Positions 57,840 through 64,000 of a DNA stretch of 64,000 nucleotides are shown piece by piece (within the stretch, counting starts at the first letter, position 1; every line of letters begins with the position of its first letter). The stretch is from Penicillus capitatus (taxonomy: Eukaryota; Plantae; Chlorophyta), in assembly GCA_965649825.1 (NCBI GenBank), contig OZ287698.1:1255949-1319948 (forward strand), read 5' to 3'. The notes under the pieces were generated by a model. That model had not been told where the DNA came from, made no database searches, and was given only the letters and a program-made list of their open reading frames with translations. A program made the translations under genes and the position numbers.

Positions 57840-58763
57840 TCAAGAGTCCGTCTGACGCATTCGAGTCTTGCATATGAGATAAAACTCCCGTGAGGTCTTG
57901 CGAATGGCATCAGGGCGCATTCTGGAGATACTCTTGAAATGTTTTCGAGCGCCCTGGACGAATTCGTTGGTACCAGCCCCTTCAAACATCTTCATCACTA
58001 GATGTCCGCCCTCCTTGAGCACGCCTCGATGCACACCATCTCCTTGCCGTGCAGTAGAGTCATGGCCACAGAGAACATCATCGGCGCCGACGGCCAAGCG
58101 CAATGCCACGGCAGTGAGTTCAAGAGACCTGCCCACATCCAACGCGGCATGGCCCGAAGTGAAATGCAACATGTCGGAGAGAACAACATCGAAGCCCTAG
58201 ATCTCTTCCTTTTCGGCGATGGCATCTCGGGGACGCTGATGTCACCTCAGGAGCATATCCCAACAGCGTGGCCATTTTCAGTTCCCGTGCATCGGCGTTG
58301 AGAAAATGCACGCGATCGTCGATGTAGGCATTCGGCATGATCAAGTCCTGAGACACATGCGGTAGCTCTCACTCACTCTGCACGTCGTTTGGCTGTTTGG
58401 ACTTGCTGATCGATGCCCAGAATCGTTCCATTGCGTTTTCGCGGGCCGAGTTCCTGACAAGCGACTTGCAGCCAGGCTCCTGGCACACATCCCAAATCGA
58501 GCACAGAAGCACCTAGACCGAACGCCTCTTCACGCCAGCCCCTTTCAAAAACCCGACCCCTCTGGATCAGTCGATGCTTCTTCTGTATCTCGATCAGTTT
58601 GAACGCAGCGCGAGACACGTAGTTGAGGTTCTAAACAGGGACCAGAATCGTTTCCCCTGTCGATGTGGATCTGCACCTTGGCGTCGCGGAAGTATTTGTC
58701 GATCAGGACCTTCTTCGACCAACTCCCCATCGTGTCGTACAATTCGCCCGACGCATGACACAT
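57840..58763 (-). CDS. rlmE: RlmE/FtsJ/MRM2 rRNA 2'-O-ribose methyltransferase (organellar)
   Basis: D.YF..AK, SRAAFKL, VLDLGCVPGAWLQ, FDVVLSDM, LVMKMF, SREFY (K-D-K-E tetrad intact). Start at 58763 or 58730. Confidence 0.92.
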
Positions 58764-58825
58764 GTTTAAAGATGATGGTCAAACAAACGAACATACAAAA
58801 TCCAGTGACACGAACGATGCAATGG

Positions 58826-61205
58826 TCAGGTGGAATAGGAAGAAGATGTGTTGTATCCAGGATAGGATCCATAGCCAGCCGCCGCCGCAGCCGCCGCTGC
58901 GTATTGGTAGTATTGGGCGTACTGTTGTGCAGCGGGATTCTGTGCGAGGTATTCAGACATGGCAGTTGATGTGACAGCTTGAGTGGTCTTGGCATCGGCA
59001 GCAGAGATCGTGCTTTCACTCTGTGTGACTTTGCCAGTCGCATTGTCCGTCTCTGCTGTCTCTCTGCGTTTGCGATGCAGAGAAGGGGCAATGGTACACA
59101 TGCCAAAGAGCTCCAGATGCTGTCGGTGCATCTCCCCATACGTATGCACCTCTCCATGAAAGTCCAAGAAATTCAACAGACGTGCACTCATGGTACAGCG
59201 ATCTTGCAATTCCAGTGTCTTGCCCTCATCGTGCTCTTTCAGTGAGATGCATCTCTGGTAGAGAGCAATGACTCTCTGAACAGAGGCCTCGTCCTGAATG
59301 AGTTCTTCGAGCTGTATCGCTCCTTCCCAGACACCCAACAGATCTGGCCTCTTAGCAAGGACCTGATCCACAACGTCTCGGGCCTTCTCCTTTGCACCGA
59401 AGCGACGACACTGAATGTATCCGTATTGTGTGGCAAGAAATCCAATGATCTCTGAACCCTCTGTCTCCAGTTCTGTCTGGATTTTGCTCTCATAAAGCGC
59501 ATTGGCCTTTTCCGGCGCATCTTGGCGGTATTCAAACGCAGCGTGTTGCAGGATGCCTGGCAGTAGAGAAGGCGCAAGTGTGGATGTGACGTGTTCGTAC
59601 GTGCTTCGAGCGTTCTCAACATCTCCTCTTCTCTCATAAAAGTGCGCCGCAAAGAGATGCATGTCGCTTTTATTTCTGCAGAACACCTGAACAGCCCTTC
59701 GCATCACATTGGTCGCTTCCAGTGCATCGATGGGCTCCATATAGAACACATAACGCATCCAGAATTCGGGATACGAGGCACAAGCGACGAGACATCTCTC
59801 AAACAGAATGACAATCTCGCGATGATCTCCTTTGCTGCAAACAGCGTCTAGGTATTTCCACCAAGCCTGCAGTTGGATATTATCCAGCGGCTTCACATGG
59901 AAGTAAGGCCTCTTGATGCAATCCTCAAACTGCTGCCGGATCGTCAGTTGTTCAGAGGTTCTCTCGTAGAGCTCTGTCAAAGACTGAACCCAAAAATCCT
60001 TGACGGCCTGTTCGATGGGGATCTCTGCCGAGGCTTCGTCCATGTTGTCACCAGACATCACATCCGAACGTTTAGGCGAGCCGTTTTCTTGCATCTGAAC
60101 ATCGCCATCCACTTCGTCTGCCTTATCGGAGAGGTATTCCCGCTTCTCTGCCTTCTTCTTCAGCCACTGCTGTTTGTAAGATTCTGCATCAGCTTCACTC
60201 ATGACGGCACTCAGTTCGTGCTCAGCTGCGAACTGAACAAACCTACGCCACCACAGCGACCTGTCAGACCTCTGGCATGAGAGGATGGAGCTCAAATTAT
60301 AACAGAAGAGTAACGAGATGAATTACCAAAAAATCAAACAGATGTTCTCTATTTTGTGGTGCAGCACGGGACAGTCACTCTGTCATCCAGTGATCAAACG
60401 TGGACGAACGGTGAGGGAGTGAGATGCAGAGAGAATCACGTACTTTCCATGATAGCCCTTCAGTTCCTTGCATGCCACAGAGAGCACACGGCCATACAAC
60501 TGCGCCACATTCTGCATCTGTCCTTGATCCATCTCGAACTGAAAGTACTTGTCCCACAGAGGATGGCCCAGATATTCCGTCTCCACAAATGTCAGAGCGC
60601 GTTCGAACAAACTGCACAAACAAACACAGTGAGGGTGTGTGCGGTCAGGATGCAGAAGTGGGGATCCACCCACCCTCGAATGGCCTCTGCTTCATCGCTC
60701 GCTTTCGTCATGCGAAATGTGATGTAGTGCCCCCAGAGATCCACAGAATAGGGCACAGATGCCAATCCCCTCTCATAGACCTCGGTGGCAGCAGACAGTC
60801 CCAAATGTCGCATCGTAGCATCGGCGTATTTTTTCCAGTAGCCATAGCAAAGGGGATAGGCTTGTAAGAAAGCATCAAACACTTCAGCAATTTTGTGCAT
60901 CTCATTCTGGGCATCATCACACAAAGTCATGGCACGTCACTCTTTTGTCGATAAACACATCTGCACACCAGGCGTTCCACTGTGCTCAGGAGGTACGTCC
61001 ACGTTTGGAAGTCTTCTGGATTGGTGGCCAGAACTTGACGATACTCTTCATATTTCTGCTGTAAAGGATTCTCTGTCCCGCCACCCTCTGCAAGGCGCGT
61101 ATGGCGTCCAAGTGTGAGACCGAATGCGGGTTCCTTACCAGATGGTGTTGGCTGAGACTCGCCTTCCGCCGCCGATGGCGTCGCTTCTTGAGCAGCGTCC
61201 GTCAT
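58826..61205 (-). CDS. PRP39: U1 snRNP HAT-repeat protein PRP39
   Basis: NPEDFQTWTYLL, FL..YPLCYGYWKKYAD, VYERGL...SVDLW, HPLWDKY, FE..IKRPYFHVKPLD..QL..W..YLD, LFERCLVACASYPEFW.RY. Confidence 0.95.
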
Positions 61206-61277
61206 CGTGTGAGAGGCCACAGAAGTCAAATCCGAAGGCTCCGAGGCGACGCTACGCTCATCAATCTCATCTAAGCA

Positions 61278-63516
61278 ATGACGCCGATACGCTTTGGCGC
61301 CTGTCTGGCCATCGGGCTCTGCATACTACTGGGGGGCGGGGCAGCCGATGAGATTCTATCCGAAACGGACTGTCTGGCAACAGTCAATGCCTTTCACCAG
61401 AGGCGATTCCCAAACCTCATGGACAATGTTGATACGGAGAGAAAAAAGGATTACCATCTGGAAGATTTCCTCTTCTTTCTGCACGTTCCTCGAACAGCAG
61501 GACGCAGTTTCTGGTCGTGTTTTCTCTATCGAGCCTATCCTGCATCGCAGAAATGTGTCAAATCTTATGACAGCTTGAGATTGGAGCTCAGTCGGCCAGA
61601 CTGCCGTCTCCTGGCTTCGCACGATGACTACAGCATCACAGATTTTCTCCCGGAGAATTTTAAAGTGATCACTCAGGCACGGGATCCAGTGGATCGAGTG
61701 ATCAGTGCTTACGAATTTACGGCGATCGTCGCCGCTCGGGATCTCAATCCCAATGCCACAAAGCCTCAAGAAGAAGACAAAGAGAAGGTCAAGACAAGAG
61801 ACGTCTGGCCATGGCTCTATCTCGTACAGCTCTTTGACCGCTACACAGAACGGGTCATCGGTCTATTCTATAAGAAACAGACCGCATTCAAGCAAGGCAC
61901 GTCTCCCTTTGCGATGGAAACGGCGACGCTGTTATGAGATGTTTGTATGACAGATCATCCAGAGGAGTATGAAGCGAGCTTGGATGCCTGGGTCGAGTCG
62001 ATCTCGAAGAAGTCCGGCAGGACGTACTACTATCATCGAAAGACTCGAGAATCGAAGTGGGAATTGACACAAGAAGAAAGAGCGAAGCTATTGCCGACAT
62101 TGGATCCGTACAACAATTCCCTCATCATTCCTCTGAAGGCATTTGTGGAGTTTCCTATGGCGGAGGAGCTTGTGAACAATGCCATGACTTATCAAGTCAG
62201 CACCTCTTATGATGATACAAGGGAAGAGGGTGGTGGATAAGGTGTTGGGTCTGTCGAATGCTTCTTACTGGCAAGAGGCGGCCGAGATCCGAAGCTGTTC
62301 GGTGCATTACCAACGGGTACAGGAGAAGCTGCTCGAAATGGCCAAGGCACAGATGGACAGAATGTTGCACATCTCACTGACACACAGACTCGATGAATCA
62401 CTGCAATCCATTGCCGTGCGCAGCGCCGACGCCACGCGACATGTAGCAGGCCGTGCGTTTCTAGGGGACACTGAGATTGAATCTATCGGGACCGGCATGG
62501 AGCGGACATCCCGTTGAATTGCCTATAGAGGACACAGATGTAAGACGAGTGTCCTGTTTGTCATGACAGGAGCACGTGTCTGTATGCTTCAGGAGACGGA
62601 ACTGGATTTGGAGAACTGTCGGCAGAATCTGACGCATCTAACAGATATGGAGCTACTCAAACTCCTTTTCAAAGTTTGCCTCGATCTGACAACGTGAACG
62701 CCATGACTCAACGCCTGTCCTTGTGGACGACAGTATCGAACACATTTGGACGAGAGTCGCGATGTTGCCAGAAGTCGTCGAAGAGTAACCGCCGCCGCCC
62801 ATTCCCTCCATCATTCTTTCGAATGCTGTTCTCCGTGACAGAGTCGATTAACAAAGCGTGAGTTTCTGCCGAGGTGGGACACCGCAGTGGCCAATCTTGA
62901 ATACGTCCGAGAGATTCAAGTGAAACAAGACAGACGACGGAGAGCGATCGAAATCTCACCTGCATCATTTCTGTCTTATAGGCAGAAGTCCTGCGAAGAA
63001 GAAAAGAGAAGGGCGAGAGTTTCACGACCTATCCCGAAAAGCGCAAAGAATCGGACAAGAAACAAAGTCCCCTCTGCGCATCGCACCTCTCGCTGCTGTC
63101 ATGATCCGTGCTCCCATAGAGTTGCCTCTTTGGGCAGGCTACGTGCGTTGCGTGAATTCGACCATGAAGAAGATGAAGTTTGGCAAGATACGTACGATGG
63201 CGCATCTTGCTCTTCCGGACGAACGCCGTCCATACTTTACGAAGAAAGCACGTGCCAACATTCCTCAGTCAACCATCGATCTGATTCGAACGAAGAACTG
63301 GATGGATGTCGAGCTCTATGCCTACGCTCTACAACTCTACGAGACGCATCTGAAGTTTCAGACGGAGAACGATCTGTTGCCCGAGATCCCTGAGATCGAT
63401 CTAAACGTCACGAAAGAGCCGCCTCCCAGTAAGTCGGATCGGGGCGGCGATCATGCCGTAGCGTTGTGTGGTGTGCAGAGGCACCCCCTAAGCCCATTGT
63501 GCATGAGGAATTGTGA
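61278..63516 (+). CDS. TPST: Plant-type tyrosylprotein sulfotransferase homolog with inserted WW domain and C-terminal HEEL
   Basis: Signal peptide, FFLHVPRTAGR, SYD, SHDDYS, RDPVDRVISAYEF, WPW.YLV, DPYNN. The last intron (63429-63478, GTAAGT donor) gives ...KPIVHEEL*. Confidence 0.85.
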
Positions 63517-63614
63517 TGGACGGGTTGATGTTGAGATGACGTGTTCATGACGTCCGCCTGATGGCGCAGTTTCACGTATGACGCGCGACGCTGTGCGAAA
63601 CGTTATCGAATACG

Positions 63615-64000
63615 ATGCTGCGCATCTTTTGCCGACGATCGAACATCGACGATCACTTTTCCACCCTTAAGACGTAAGCTTCGCTCTGGAGGGTTGTATG
63701 ACGTTGACAGATACCGAGTTGTGCTTGACAGGTGGGGATGGATTATGGTGAGACGCTGTTCAACTCTTCCGCCGAAGGGGCGCATCAAAAAGCTCCTCGT
63801 TGCCAATCGGGGAGAAATTGCCTGTCGTGTCATGACCACTGCCAAACGACTGGGTCAATCAGTCGCCGTGGACAGGCCTGGATGTGGACACGGTGCTGTG
63901 TGCTAGGCATTCCATGTGTCGCCGTGTACAGCACAGTCGATCGCTATTCGAGACATGTTCGGATGGCAGACGAGACGGCGTGCATCGGTCCTGCATCGGC
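63615..64000 (+). CDS. MCCA: Biotin carboxylase, 3-methylcrotonyl-CoA carboxylase alpha subunit-like (5' part)
   Basis: Mitochondrial-like presequence, then [42 protein letters not shown]..CIGPA. Truncated by the window end; propionyl-CoA carboxylase alpha is not excluded. Confidence 0.8.

Noticed and set aside
1-64000. Non-canonical nuclear code (TAA/TAG = Gln) as in some ulvophytes
   Set aside because: Conserved genes end at TAA or TAG at the expected positions (SSNA1, RBX1, phosphorylase, ALG14) and no in-frame TAR occurs in conserved exons.
1-64000. CRISPR arrays, rRNA, spliceosomal snRNAs, TPP riboswitch near TPK, intact transposons or giant-virus genes
   Set aside because: No repeat-spacer arrays or recognisable conserved RNA signatures were seen, and no intact transposase, integrase or viral hallmark ORFs.

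Overview
Eukaryotic nuclear DNA from a very compact, intron-rich chlorophyte green alga. The standard genetic code is used, most introns are 40-60 nt GT-AG, and TGTAA-type poly(A) signals follow some genes; the exact lineage cannot be determined from this window. About 36 spliced protein genes can be rebuilt by hand: TML/TSET subunit, CYP28, IST1, TBP, two AMT1 transporters, a Cys-rich EGF membrane protein, TilS, SSNA1/DIP13, RBX1-like, ELM1, ALG14, ACT-domain starch phosphorylase, GCP4, MTN, CCCH zinc finger, chalcone-isomerase-fold FAP, F-box/LRR, 5-FCL-like, Patched/NPC1-like, Der GTPase, two double-saposin proteins, PsbTn-like, TPK, primase large subunit, a JmjN/JmjC protein, RlmE, PRP39, TPST and MCCA, plus several hypotheticals. 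There is one tRNA-Ser(AGA). The main gene-poor island (about 38.0-42.7 kb) looks like a transposon graveyard: a decayed Penelope-like reverse transcriptase frame followed by a degenerate minimal hammerhead ribozyme. Other highlights: candidate polycistronic gene pairs with 25-62 nt gaps, a JmjC protein missing all three Fe ligands, a TPST homolog with an internal WW domain and a C-terminal HEEL, a spliced gene carrying a phage/cyanobacterial-type domain, a TBP with a long C-terminal tail, and a recurrent TGATGTGACAG 3' splice-site motif. All family calls come from recalled motifs with no database search, and exon boundaries are manual.
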